DNA of 36,473 nucleotides from Actinomycetota bacterium (GCA_041486205.1 JBGPKY010000003.1:1-36473); one strand, 5' to 3'. Counted from the first letter of the stretch, positions 1 through 9,342 are shown. Translations and numbers: made by a program. Notes: generated by a model from the letters alone, not told the origin.

Positions 1-783
1 GAAGGCCTCGTCGGCCCGCTCGTGATCTTCGCGATAGGCGGGGTGTTCTTCCTCCAGGACGTCGGCGCGATCGAGAGCGACGCCGCGTTGTGGCCGGTGA
101 TCCTGATCGCCGCCGGCGCCGGGCTGATGCTTTCGGCGATCCCGCGTCGCGGGCGCGAGGCGTTCACTTCGACGGAGCAGGTTCCGCTCGACGGTGCGAC
201 CGAGGCCCGCATCCGGCTGAACCACGGCGCGGGGCGGCTGACGCTGCGATCCTCCCTCGCCGGCGACAACCTGATCGAGGGGACGTTCAACGGCGGGATC
301 GACAAGAAGGTCCAACGGAACGGCGATCGCCTCGAGGTCACGTTTTCCTCGCGCGGGCATCGCCTTGGCAAAGCTTGGCGCCGCGGGGGAGGGGGACCGC
401 TCGACTGGACCGTAGGCGTTAGCCGGCTGGTTCCCATCTCGCTCTCGTTGCGCACCGGTGCGAGCTCGGCCGAAGTGGACCTCACCGACCTCAAGGTCAC
501 CGACCTCGAACTGGAGACCGGCGCGAGTCGCACCGACCTCACGCTGCCCTCGACCGGACGGCTGACGGCCCGAGTGAAGGCCGGCGCGGCAAAGGTGCGT
601 GTGATCGTTCCGACGAGGATGGCCGCCCAGATCGAGGTGCATGGCGGGCTGACGAGCGTGAGGGTCGACCAGGCGCGCTTCCCGCAGGCGGGGGGTTTCT
701 ACCGCTCGCCGGATTTCGACGACGCCGAGCACCGCGTAGAGCTTTCCATCGACGCCGGCGCCGCCGACGTCGAGGTCCAGTAG
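1..783 (+). CDS. Membrane protein with N-terminal TM hairpin and C-terminal beta-rich LiaF/'toast-rack' (DUF2154-like) domain; 5' end lies outside the window
   Basis: Frame is open from base 1 (EGLVGPLVIFAIGGVFFL...LWPVILIAAGAGLM). It is followed by repeated 'L.L..GAG/GAS...DL' beta-units typical of this family. Confidence 0.65.
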   Translation, partial: EGLVGPLVIFAIGGVFFLQDVGAIESDAALWPVILIAAGAGLMLSAIPRRGREAFTSTEQVPLDGATEARIRLNHGAGRLTLRSSLAGDNLIEGTFNGGIDKKVQRNGDRLEVTFSSRGHRLGKAWRRGGGGPLDWTVGVSRLVPISLSLRTGASSAEVDLTDLKVTDLELETGASRTDLTLPSTGRLTARVKAGAAKVRVIVPTRMAAQIEVHGGLTSVRVDQARFPQAGGFYRSPDFDDAEHRVELSIDAGAADVEVQ

Positions 784-784
784 A

Positions 785-824
785 GCGGAGGGGCGGACCG
801 CAGGCCCGCCCCCTTCCGCCTTGT
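785..824 (+). terminator. GC-rich stem-loop, probable intrinsic terminator
   Basis: GCGGA/TCCGC and GGGGCGG/CCGCCCC arms directly after the stop at 783, between convergent genes; only a weak T tail. Confidence 0.45.
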
Positions 825-924
825 GGTGCAGTCGCTCAGGCCACTCGCTCGGTCTCCTTCAGGCGCGTTACGACCGGCTCCACCTCGACGGTGAAGGGCT
901 GGGAAGGGAGCGGGAGGGAGGGTG

Positions 925-2256
925 TCAGCGCGAGATGCCGGCGCGGCGGAGGGCGTCGGCGCGGGCCTCGTACGTCAGCCGCTCGAGCGCCTCGGAGAAG
1001 CTGGCTTCGCGCGCGTCGGGATCGGTCAGGCGCGTCGCGGCCACTGGGATCCTCGCGAGGTCGGCCTCGAACCTAGCCCGCGCGGAAGCGATCGAGCGCG
1101 CGGGTTCGGTCCTCTTCCCGTCCAGCATCACTGGAACGAGGAGCGGCTCCATGCCTGCTAGGACGGGCTCGTCGCGGAGGCCGATGACGTCCGCCGCTAC
1201 GCTGCGGAACACCTGCTTGCGTCCCGGAGCGGATGCCTTGGCCGCCGAGAGTTTCAGCATCGGACGGCCGTCGTACTCGACGAGCTTGTATGCCGAATCC
1301 AGGTACGGCGAGTCGGCAGCTACGCCCATCCGGGTTCCGATGCCGAAGGCGTCGATCGGCGCGCCGGCGCTGACGAGCCTGTCGACGTCCATCTCGTCCA
1401 AGCCGCCGCTCGCGAATATGCGAACGCGCTCCATGCCGGCTCCGTCGAGGATCCGGCGGGCTTCGCGGGACAGCGAGTCGAGGTCCCCGCTGTCGAGCCG
1501 GATGCCGAGGTGGTCTTCGAGGTGGAGCTCCCCGATCACGTCGATCGCCGTTCGGACGCCGTTCAACGTGTCGAAGGTGTCGACGAGGAACGTGGTCTGC
1601 TTCGGGAAGTCCTTCGCGAAAGCGCGGAACGCGTCGGCCTCCGTCGGGAAGGACTCTATGTAGGAATGCGCCATCGTTCCGGCCGCGCGCAGGCCGTAGG
1701 CACGAGCGGCCTCGACGTTGCTCGTCGCGACGAACCCGACCATCGCGGTGCACCGCGCCACCGCCATCGCCGCGTCGAGACCTTGGGTTCGCCGCAGCGA
1801 GAAGTCGACAAGATCTCGGTCGCGCGCGGCCAAACGGCACCTCGCCGCCTTCGACGCGATGTTCGTTTGGAACGTGACGAGGTTCAAGAGATGGGGCTCC
1901 ACCAGTTGCGCGACGGCGATCGGCGCGGTGATCTCTAGCAGCGGCTCGTGCGCGTAGACGATCCTTCCCTCTGGGGCCGCCCAGACCTCGCCCTCGAAAC
2001 GCAGCCGGCGGAAGGCCTCCAGCGTGTCGGCGTCGAACCCGAGCTCGCCGGACAGGTACGCGAGGTCCGCCTCGGTGAAGGCGAACGACTCTAGGAAGTC
2101 CAGGCAGGGCTCCAGGCCCGCTGCGACCAGGAAACCGCGGTTGGGAGGGAGCGCTCGGATGTAGAGAGAGAAGGTCGCCGGCTGGTCCATGCCGCGCCGG
2201 AGATAGCTCGCGGCCATGTTCAGCTCGTAAAGGTCGGTGAGGAGGGCCTCCGGCAT
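925..2256 (-). CDS. pncB: Nicotinate phosphoribosyltransferase (PncB2-like)
   Basis: Motifs ALLTDLYELNM, DFSLRR, TSNV, GTMAHS, LVDTFD, GIRLDSGD, ASGGLDE and PGRKQVFR. Start trimmed to ATG 2256 (MPEALL). Confidence 0.93.
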   Translation of the reverse strand: MPEALLTDLYELNMAASYLRRGMDQPATFSLYIRALPPNRGFLVAAGLEPCLDFLESFAFTEADLAYLSGELGFDADTLEAFRRLRFEGEVWAAPEGRIVYAHEPLLEITAPIAVAQLVEPHLLNLVTFQTNIASKAARCRLAARDRDLVDFSLRRTQGLDAAMAVARCTAMVGFVATSNVEAARAYGLRAAGTMAHSYIESFPTEADAFRAFAKDFPKQTTFLVDTFDTLNGVRTAIDVIGELHLEDHLGIRLDSGDLDSLSREARRILDGAGMERVRIFASGGLDEMDVDRLVSAGAPIDAFGIGTRMGVAADSPYLDSAYKLVEYDGRPMLKLSAAKASAPGRKQVFRSVAADVIGLRDEPVLAGMEPLLVPVMLDGKRTEPARSIASARARFEADLARIPVAATRLTDPDAREASFSEALERLTYEARADALRRAGISR

Positions 2257-2302
2257 GGCTGCAAGGCTACGCGACCCGAAGCCGTCGGGCCCCAGGTGCG
2301 CA

Positions 2303-2339
2303 GGGACGTTCGGCCCCGGAACCTCGTGCCGGTCGTCCG
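2303..2339. promoter_or_regulatory. DosR/DevR-like binding sites in the pncB-hydrogenase divergent promoter
   Basis: GGGACGTTCGGCCC at 2303-2316, identical to the copy at 9343-9356, and a weaker GTGCCGGTCGTCCG at 2326-2339. -10-like hexamers: TACAGT 2368-2373 (+) and TAGCCT 2269-2264 (-). Confidence 0.65.
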
Positions 2340-2387
2340 TGAAGAAGACCGGCGGCTTCCGAGAGGCTACAGTCGGGAGGCAGAGCG

Positions 2388-3500
2388 ATGAGGTACCTGG
2401 ACCGTCGGGGTTTCGCGGGGCTCCTCGCCCTCTTGGTTGAGCGTGGCCACGAGCTGATCGGCCCGACCGTGAGGGACGGCGCCATCGTCCTCGATCGCAT
2501 CGATGGCGTCGCCGAGCTGCCTCGGGGAGTCCGCGAGATACAGGGACCGGGTAGCTATCGGCTAGAGCGAACGGACGACGACCGCCTGTTCGCGTGGGCG
2601 CACGGCCCCGATTCCGGCAAGTCGTTCCTCTTCCCGTCGCGCGAGGTGGTTCTGAACACGTCACGAGCGAACGGCAACCTCACGGTGGAGCCGCCAGCGC
2701 TGCCGAGCACGAAGTACGCGTTCGTCGGCCTGCGTTCGTGTGACCTGCACGCGATCGAGGTGCAGGATCGAGTGTTCATGATCGCCGATCCCGCTTATCG
2801 CGCTCGCCGCGAGTCCGCCGTCTTCATCGGCCTGAATTGCGAGTTCCCGGGAAAGACCTGCTTCTGCTCCTCGATGGGAACCGGACCTCGGTGTTCGTTC
2901 GGCTACGACCTCGCGCTGACGGAACTCGACGACGGCTTCACGATCGAGGCAGGCACGCCGCTCGGGGAGGAGTTGCTGACGGCGCTCGCATCGCGCGAGG
3001 CCACGATGGATGAAGATCGCGCTTCCCTCGCGGTTACCGAACGAGCGGTTGCCGACATGGGGCGCACGGTCGACATCTCCGACATGCCCAACCTGCTCTA
3101 CCGCAACCGTGAACATCCGCGGTGGGACGACGTCGCCGCGCGATGCCTCGCGTGCACGAACTGCACGATGGTCTGTCCCACCTGCTTCTGCCACGACGTG
3201 GTCGACTCCATCTCGATCACAGGCACCGAGTCGACGCGAACGCGCGAGTGGGCGAGCTGCTTCAGCGAGGAGTTCTCCCACATGGCCGCGGGCGAGGTTC
3301 GCCATAGCGTGCGGTCGCGGTACCGACAATGGCTCACGCACAAGTTCGCTTCGTGGATCGACCAGTTCGGGACGTCGGGTTGCGTGGGCTGCGGCCGGTG
3401 CATCACCTGGTGTCCGGTCGGCATCGACGTGACGCAGGAGATCAATGCCATCCGAGCCACCGACGGCGAGGTCCGGCTCGCGGAGGCAGTGACGGCATGA
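2388..3500 (+). CDS. hyhB: Group 3b [NiFe]-hydrogenase (sulfhydrogenase) beta subunit, 4Fe-4S protein (HydB/HyhB, AsrA-like)
   Basis: GLRSCDL, CFCSSMGTGP, CLACTNCTMVCPTCFC, RYRQWLTHK and CVGCGRCITWCP; GGAGG RBS at 2376-2380. Confidence 0.9.
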   Translation: MRYLDRRGFAGLLALLVERGHELIGPTVRDGAIVLDRIDGVAELPRGVREIQGPGSYRLERTDDDRLFAWAHGPDSGKSFLFPSREVVLNTSRANGNLTVEPPALPSTKYAFVGLRSCDLHAIEVQDRVFMIADPAYRARRESAVFIGLNCEFPGKTCFCSSMGTGPRCSFGYDLALTELDDGFTIEAGTPLGEELLTALASREATMDEDRASLAVTERAVADMGRTVDISDMPNLLYRNREHPRWDDVAARCLACTNCTMVCPTCFCHDVVDSISITGTESTRTREWASCFSEEFSHMAAGEVRHSVRSRYRQWLTHKFASWIDQFGTSGCVGCGRCITWCPVGIDVTQEINAIRATDGEVRLAEAVTA

Positions 3501-4369
3501 GCATGGCCGCCGTCTCCGAGGCGGAGATCGCAGGCGGCGTCCGGCGCAAGGTGGCGACCATCCGTCGCGTGGCGATCGAGGCGTACGAGACCTTCACCTA
3601 TTGGGCAGTCCTGGAGGATCCGATCGTGCGGCGCGCCTACCGATTCGAGCCCGGGCAGATCAACATGCTCGGCCTGTTCGGGGTCGGTGAGATCCCGGTG
3701 AGCGTTTCCTCGGACCCGGCGCGGCCGCTGATACTCGGCCACACCATCAGGGCGTGCGGTCGGGTGACGAACGCGTTCAAGGATCTGAAGCGGGGCGACG
3801 AGATCACCATCCGCGGGCCGTTCGGTCGTCCGTGGCCTATCGCGCAAGCCCGGGGCGGGGATCTCCTCATCGTCGCCGGTGGCCTCGGCATGGCGCCGCT
3901 GCGCTCCGCCGTCTATACGGCGATCCGCCACCGCGGCTCGTTCCGCCGGTTGATCGTGCTGGTCGGAGCCCGCGGGCCCGAGCACATCCTGTACCCGTAC
4001 GAGATGGACATGTGGGCGAACTGGCTGAGGTCTCGCGGTATCGAGCTGCTGCTCACGGTCGATATCGCGGACGATTCCTGGCCCTACGACGAAGGCGTGG
4101 TCACGACGCTCTTCCCAAAGGCCCACATCGACCCGCGCGTGACGACGGTCTTCACCTGCGGGCCGGAAATCATGATGCGCTTCGCCATCCGGGACCTTCT
4201 CGCCCGCGGCGTTCCCGAACGGAGGATATGGCTTTCGATGGAGCGGAACATGCAGTGCGGCGTGAAGCTCTGCGGTCACTGTCAGCTCGGCCCGAAGTTC
4301 GTCTGCGCGGATGGGCCGGTGTTCCGCTACGACGAGATCGGCCCTCTCATGGAGGTGAGCGAGCTGTGA
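3497..4369 (+). CDS. hyhG: Group 3b hydrogenase gamma subunit, FAD/NAD(P)-binding with 2Fe-2S (HydG/HyhG)
   Basis: FEPGQ, RGPFG, AGGLGMAPLR, CGPEIMM and ERNMQCGVKLCGHC...CADGPVF; ATGA overlap with the upstream stop. Confidence 0.9.
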   Translation: MSMAAVSEAEIAGGVRRKVATIRRVAIEAYETFTYWAVLEDPIVRRAYRFEPGQINMLGLFGVGEIPVSVSSDPARPLILGHTIRACGRVTNAFKDLKRGDEITIRGPFGRPWPIAQARGGDLLIVAGGLGMAPLRSAVYTAIRHRGSFRRLIVLVGARGPEHILYPYEMDMWANWLRSRGIELLLTVDIADDSWPYDEGVVTTLFPKAHIDPRVTTVFTCGPEIMMRFAIRDLLARGVPERRIWLSMERNMQCGVKLCGHCQLGPKFVCADGPVFRYDEIGPLMEVSEL

Positions 4370-5166
4370 GCGAGGTCGCCGTGGCGAAGCCGCGGGTTGC
4401 CGTCTTCAAGATGGCGAGTTGCGACGGCTGTCAGCTGCAGCTGCTGGATGCGGAGGAGGCACTGCTCGAGCTCGCCGGTGCCATCGACATCGTCAACTTC
4501 GCGGAGGCGACCTCGCACGTCGAGCCCGGCCCGTACGACGTCACGCTGGTCGAGGGTTCGATCTCTACCCCCGAGCAGGTCGAACAGGTTAAGGAGATCC
4601 GCGAGCAAACCGCCGTGCTCATCACGATCGGCGCGTGCGCGACCTCGGGCGGCATCCAGGCGCTCCGCAACACGCGCGACCTGGACGGGTTCATACGGAC
4701 CGTCTACCCGACACCGGAGTACGTGAACTCACTCGAGACCTCCACGCCGATCGCCGAGCACGTTCGCGTCGACTACGAGCTGACCGGCTGTCCGGTCGAT
4801 CGCGGCCAGTTGCTGGGCGCGATCGCCTCCCTGCTCGCCGGCGCGGCTCCTCGCGTGTCCACGTCTCCGGTGTGCATCGAGTGCAAGCGCCGAGGCTACG
4901 TCTGCGTGATCGTCGCGAAGGGGGAACCGTGCCTCGGTCCGGTCACGCGAACCGGTTGTGGTGCTCTCTGTCCCGCGTTCGACCGAGGGTGCTACGGCTG
5001 CTTCGGACCCTCGCAGCCTCCGAACACCGCCTCGTTGGGCCGGCGGTTCATTGACCTCGGCCTCTCGCCTAAGGAGGCGGCCGACAAGTTCCGGTTCATC
5101 ACCGGGTGGGCGCCCCCGTTCCGTAAGGCGGCCGACGCGCTTGAGGAGGAGGTGGCCTCGGCGTGA
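4366..5166 (+). CDS. hyhS: Group 3b hydrogenase small (delta) subunit (HydD/HyhS)
   Basis: SCDGC, VEGS, IGACATSGG, GCP, CIEC and PCLGPVTRTGCGALCP...CYGC; GTGA overlap start; no Tat peptide. Confidence 0.9.
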   Translation: MSEVAVAKPRVAVFKMASCDGCQLQLLDAEEALLELAGAIDIVNFAEATSHVEPGPYDVTLVEGSISTPEQVEQVKEIREQTAVLITIGACATSGGIQALRNTRDLDGFIRTVYPTPEYVNSLETSTPIAEHVRVDYELTGCPVDRGQLLGAIASLLAGAAPRVSTSPVCIECKRRGYVCVIVAKGEPCLGPVTRTGCGALCPAFDRGCYGCFGPSQPPNTASLGRRFIDLGLSPKEAADKFRFITGWAPPFRKAADALEEEVASA

Positions 5167-6455
5167 CCCATCGGTCGGTCGAGGTTCCCGTGATCGCCCG
5201 CGTCGAAGGCGAGGGCGCGCTGCACCTCACGCTCGAGGGACGTGAGATCGTCGACCTTCGGCTCGAGATCTACGAGCCGCCGCGGTTCTTCGAGGCGTTC
5301 CTGGCCGGCCGTCACTACAGCGAGGTCCCCGACATCGTGCCGAGGATCTGCGGCATCTGCCCGGTCGCCTACCAGATGAGCGCGGTGCACGGCCTCGAGC
5401 GGCTGTTCGGCGTCGAGGTCTCGCCTGGGACGCACGAGTTGCGCCGGCTCCTGTACTGCGCCGAATGGATCGAGAGCCACGTGCTGCACATCTTCCTGCT
5501 CGCCGCGCCGGACTTCCTCGGCTATGAGAGCGCGCTCGCGATGGCGAAGGACCACAAGGACCTCGTCGAGCTGGCGCTTTCGATCAAGCGGGTCGGCAAC
5601 GACCTGCTCGCCGCGGTGGGCGGCCGGGAGATCCATCCGGTCTCCCCGCGGGTTGGCGGTTTCTCGAAGGCCCCCCGCAAGCGCGACCTCGATCCGTTCC
5701 TGCCCCGACTCGAAGCCGCCCTCGCGCAGATGCCCGGCATCGCCGACCTCGTCGCGTCGTTCCCGAGGCCAGCCTTCCCGCGCCCGGCCGAGATGGTCGC
5801 GATGACGAACCCCGAGGAGTACCCGATGAACGAGGGTGGCCTCGAGTCCACGAACGGCCGCGTGTTCGATGCGGTGACTTTCGAGCAGGTCTCCCGCGAG
5901 CTGCACGTCGAGCATTCGAACGCGCTTCACTCGGTGATGGCCGACACCGGCACGCCGTACTTCGTCGGCCCGCTCGCGAGGATCAACCTGAACGCCGACC
6001 GCCTCACGCCGGTCGCGCGCGAGTGCGCGAGGCGAGCGGGACTCGTGCTCCCGGAGTCCGACCCGTTCTTCTCGATGGCCGCGCGGGTCGCCGAAACGGC
6101 GGTCGCCCTCGAGGGATCCGTTCGGATCATCACGAACTACGAGCCGCCCGAGCCGCCGCAAGTGGAGGTGACGCCGCGAGCCGGCCGCGCGACGTGGGTG
6201 ACGGAGGCGCCGCGTGGGACCCTGTACCACCGCTACGACGTCGGCGACGACGGCATCATCCGCGAAGCGAAGATCGTCCCGCCCACCTCGCAGAACCTGC
6301 GGCATATGGAAGAAGACCTGCGCGCGTTCGTCCCCGGCGTCCTCGACAGCTCCGACGAACAGCTGACGCGCCTGTGCGAGATGGTCATCCGCAACTATGA
6401 CCCTTGCATCTCCTGCGCGACGCACTTCCTGCGGCTCGACATAGAGCGGCGATGA
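5163..6455 (+). CDS. hyhL: Group 3b [NiFe]-hydrogenase large (alpha) subunit (HydA/HyhL)
   Basis: RVEGEG, L1 RICGICP, EAPRG and L2 RNYDPCISCATH, followed by a short cleavable tail FLRLDIERR. Confidence 0.95.
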   Translation: MTHRSVEVPVIARVEGEGALHLTLEGREIVDLRLEIYEPPRFFEAFLAGRHYSEVPDIVPRICGICPVAYQMSAVHGLERLFGVEVSPGTHELRRLLYCAEWIESHVLHIFLLAAPDFLGYESALAMAKDHKDLVELALSIKRVGNDLLAAVGGREIHPVSPRVGGFSKAPRKRDLDPFLPRLEAALAQMPGIADLVASFPRPAFPRPAEMVAMTNPEEYPMNEGGLESTNGRVFDAVTFEQVSRELHVEHSNALHSVMADTGTPYFVGPLARINLNADRLTPVARECARRAGLVLPESDPFFSMAARVAETAVALEGSVRIITNYEPPEPPQVEVTPRAGRATWVTEAPRGTLYHRYDVGDDGIIREAKIVPPTSQNLRHMEEDLRAFVPGVLDSSDEQLTRLCEMVIRNYDPCISCATHFLRLDIERR

Positions 6456-6462
6456 GTCGCCG

Positions 6463-6948
6463 ATGGCTTCGGTTCGCGTTATCGCCTGCGGCAGTGAGGA
6501 TCTCGGCGACGACGCTGCGGGCTTGCTCGCGGTGCGCGACGCGCGATCGATGCTCGAGGTGCTCCCAGGGGTAGAGGTGATCGAGGCGGGACTCGGCCTG
6601 CGCATCCTCGACCTTCTGGACGGCGTCGACGCGGCGCTCGTGGTCGACGCCGTCCGCTCACCCGGCGGCGAGCGCCATCCCGGCGAGCTCGTCCGCATAG
6701 AAGCGGGCCCCGACGGATTGACCGCGGACATCGGTTCCTCGCTTTCCTCGCATGGGTTCGGCGTGGGGGAGGCGGTTGGTCTGGCGGCCGCGCTCGGGCG
6801 CATCCCTCGGGTTGTGTTCCTCGGGGTTGAGGCGGCCGGAGCCGAAGCGGGGCAACCACTTTCGGCTGCCGTCTCCGCGGCCTTCCCGGACCTGGTACGA
6901 GGGATCGTCGCCGAGGCCAAGAGCCTCATGGACACACTAGGGTCCTGA
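6463..6948 (+). CDS. Hydrogenase maturation endopeptidase (HyaD/HybD/HycI family)
   Basis: G....GDDAAG, VVDAV and SSHG motifs; directly downstream of the large subunit. Confidence 0.88.
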   Translation: MASVRVIACGSEDLGDDAAGLLAVRDARSMLEVLPGVEVIEAGLGLRILDLLDGVDAALVVDAVRSPGGERHPGELVRIEAGPDGLTADIGSSLSSHGFGVGEAVGLAAALGRIPRVVFLGVEAAGAEAGQPLSAAVSAAFPDLVRGIVAEAKSLMDTLGS

Positions 6949-6996
6949 GGCCGTTTCCCTAAGGCCGGTCCCACATCAGTGCGGGACCGTGGGCCT
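6940..6996 (+). promoter_or_regulatory. Degenerate DosR-like boxes upstream of the HybA-like gene
   Basis: GGGTCCTGAGGCCG (6940-6953), a GGTCCC half-site ending at 6972, and GGGACCGTGGGCCT (6983-6996). Confidence 0.45.
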
Positions 6997-7063
6997 ATAT
7001 CGATCCGGCCTCTCCGAACGAATCTATGAGCATAGGGATGAAGGCATCCGAGCGGAGGCGACG

Positions 7064-8056
7064 ATGTCCGCGGTAGCTGCCGGAACGGATCGCAGGGACG
7101 AACCCAGCGACCCGAGCCGGAGGAGGTTCCTCAAAGGTCTCGTCGTAACGGCCGGTGCGGCGAGCGTCGCCGCGACCATCCCGCAGCCGCGCAAGCGAGA
7201 GAGCCCGCTCGGCAGGCAACTCGCGGAGGAACACGCGAACGATCCCGCCCTCTTGATCGACCTGACGCGGTGCGTCGGCTGCGGCCGCTGCGTGAACGCA
7301 TGCAAGACGGACAATGGCCTTGCCTGGCGCGAGGACCAGCCGGCCCGCGGCCCCGACGCCGAGCTCGCGTCGAGCAACTGGACCGCGGTGAAGACGGAGT
7401 CGGTCCGCGGCCGCGACGGCCAGACCCGCTTCGTGAAGTCGCAGTGCATGCACTGTCTCGAGCCGGCGTGTGCTTCGGCGTGCTTCGTAAAGGCCCTGAA
7501 GAAGTCTCCGACTGGAGCCGTGACCTACGACGGCGACCTGTGCGTGGGGTGTCGCTACTGCCTCATGGCGTGTCCTTTCAGCGTACCGACGTTCGAATGG
7601 GACAAGACCTTCGGCCGCGTTGAGAAGTGCGACTTCTGCGTAGAGCGCACCTCGCAGGGCAAGCCCACCGCCTGCGCCGAGGTGTGCCCGGTCGGGACCC
7701 TGACGTTCGGCAAGAGAGGGGAACTGCTCCAGGAGGCCTGGCGGCGGATCGGTTCGCAGACCTACAAGTACGTCCCGCACGTCTACGGCGAGACCGAGGT
7801 CGGTGGAACGTCGATGCTGTACATCTCCGACGTGCCGTTCGAAGAGCTCGGGTTCCGCACCGGCTTGCCCACCACGCCACTTCCCCGATACACGTGGGAG
7901 ATCACGCGACTGCTCCCGCCTGTTGCGGCCGGGTTGGGCGCGACCATCATCTCGCTGTACCTGCGACGGAGGAAGCTGCTCCTCGAAGCGGAGGAAGCCG
8001 AAGGAGCCGCGAAAGCTGAAGGGAACGCTGCGACGAACGAGGGGGTGAGGGTGTGA
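7064..8056 (+). CDS. HybA/HmcB-like Tat-exported 4x[4Fe-4S] electron-transfer protein with C-terminal membrane anchor
   Basis: Tat motif SRRRFLK. Cys motifs CVGCGRCVNAC, CMHCLEPACASAC, CVGCRYCLMACP and KCDFC...PTACAEVCP. YGETEVGGTS and a C-terminal TM helix followed by RRRK. GGAGG RBS before ATG 7064. Confidence 0.85.
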   Translation: MSAVAAGTDRRDEPSDPSRRRFLKGLVVTAGAASVAATIPQPRKRESPLGRQLAEEHANDPALLIDLTRCVGCGRCVNACKTDNGLAWREDQPARGPDAELASSNWTAVKTESVRGRDGQTRFVKSQCMHCLEPACASACFVKALKKSPTGAVTYDGDLCVGCRYCLMACPFSVPTFEWDKTFGRVEKCDFCVERTSQGKPTACAEVCPVGTLTFGKRGELLQEAWRRIGSQTYKYVPHVYGETEVGGTSMLYISDVPFEELGFRTGLPTTPLPRYTWEITRLLPPVAAGLGATIISLYLRRRKLLLEAEEAEGAAKAEGNAATNEGVRV

Positions 8057-9297
8057 ACGCGCATCCGACGCCCTACGACAAGACGCGGCAGCGGTGGACC
8101 TTTCACTGGACACCGTTCCGCATGTTCTTGGCCGTGCTCCTCGTGATCGGGCTGTTCCTCATCGCCTACCGGCTCGTGTTCGGCCTCGGCCGGCCGACGA
8201 ACCTCACCGACCGTTGGCCGTGGGCGCTCTGGACGTGGTGGAAGCTGACCGGCGTCGCACTGGCCGGGGCCGGGTACTCCACCGCGCTCATGGTCCACTT
8301 CATGGGGAGGAAGCGCTGGCACGACATCGAACGCGGCGCTTTCGTCGTGTCGCTGCTCGGCTACCTGATGGTGTGCAGCGCCCTCATCCTGGATCTCGGG
8401 CAGTGGTACAACGCATGGCACCCGCTCTATTCCTGGGGCGTCCACTCGGTGATGTTCGAGTTGTACTACTGCATCAGCGCGTACACGGTCGTGCAGGTCG
8501 TCGAGTTCCTGTACATATTCGAAGAGCGGATCCCGTTCCCGCTACTGCACAGAGTCCTGAAGAAGATCTACGCACCGCTGCTCATCCTCGGCGCGATCCT
8601 TCCGGTGTTCCACCAGTCGGCGCTCTGCTCGCTCTACGTGATCGCGAAAGGCCGCGAGGACCCGCTGTGGTGGTCGATGCTCCTGCCGGTGTTCGCGGTC
8701 TTCACCTCCTTCTACATCGGTTCCTCGGTGGTGACGATCGAGAACTTCGTCGCGGAGAAGACCTACGGACGGCCCGTGCACATGCGGATCCTCGGCGAGA
8801 TGGTTCGGCTTTCGGGCGGGGTCATGTTCGTCTACCTCGCGCTGAAGGTCAGCGACTACTGGGTCCGCGGCGTGCTGCCGGAGCTGTTCAGCGGCAGCCT
8901 CCTCGGCAACATCGCGCTCGTCGAGCTCGGCCTCGGCGTCGTACTGCCGATGTTGATGTTCATGACGCCGTCGGTGCGTGCGTCGCGTCAGGGCATCGTG
9001 ACGGCCTCGGCGTTCGCGATCGGCGGTGTCGTGCTGAACCGATACGACATCGTGATCACCGGGATGGCGGCGTCGACGGGCCAGGGCTTCTACAGGCCGG
9101 CGTGGATGGAGGTCGGGTTCGTGATCGGCCTCGCGGCCGCCGTCGCGCTCGCGTATCTGTTCCTCGTGGAGAACTTCCCCGTCTACACTGAAGAAGATGT
9201 CGCTGTAGCCGCCGCCAGGCGGGCCGAGGAAGAGGCCCGCTTGCGCGCGAAAGCTGCCGTGATCGAGGCACGTCAGCGGGTCCTCATCGGGCGATAG
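8053..9297 (+). CDS. NrfD/PsrC-family (HybB/HmcC-like) integral membrane quinone-interacting subunit
   Basis: About 10 hydrophobic helices; TNLTDRWPW, LILDLG, SVMFE, HQSAL, NRYD and YRPAWME motifs of HybB/NrfD; GTGA overlap with the HybA-like gene. Confidence 0.85.
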   Translation: MNAHPTPYDKTRQRWTFHWTPFRMFLAVLLVIGLFLIAYRLVFGLGRPTNLTDRWPWALWTWWKLTGVALAGAGYSTALMVHFMGRKRWHDIERGAFVVSLLGYLMVCSALILDLGQWYNAWHPLYSWGVHSVMFELYYCISAYTVVQVVEFLYIFEERIPFPLLHRVLKKIYAPLLILGAILPVFHQSALCSLYVIAKGREDPLWWSMLLPVFAVFTSFYIGSSVVTIENFVAEKTYGRPVHMRILGEMVRLSGGVMFVYLALKVSDYWVRGVLPELFSGSLLGNIALVELGLGVVLPMLMFMTPSVRASRQGIVTASAFAIGGVVLNRYDIVITGMAASTGQGFYRPAWMEVGFVIGLAAAVALAYLFLVENFPVYTEEDVAVAAARRAEEEARLRAKAAVIEARQRVLIGR

Positions 9298-9342
9298 ACG
9301 CGTGCGCGATCGAGGGCGGCGCGAGCATCTAGGTAGACGGCT

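Noticed and set aside
4992-6974. Long antisense or alternative-frame ORFs (e.g. 4992-6974 -, 16406-17968 +, 18869-20203 +, and the 5' extension of 26976-29444)
   Set aside because: These are shadow ORFs of high-GC coding genes: Arg/Pro/Ala-rich, without motifs, and overlapping well-supported genes or tRNAs.
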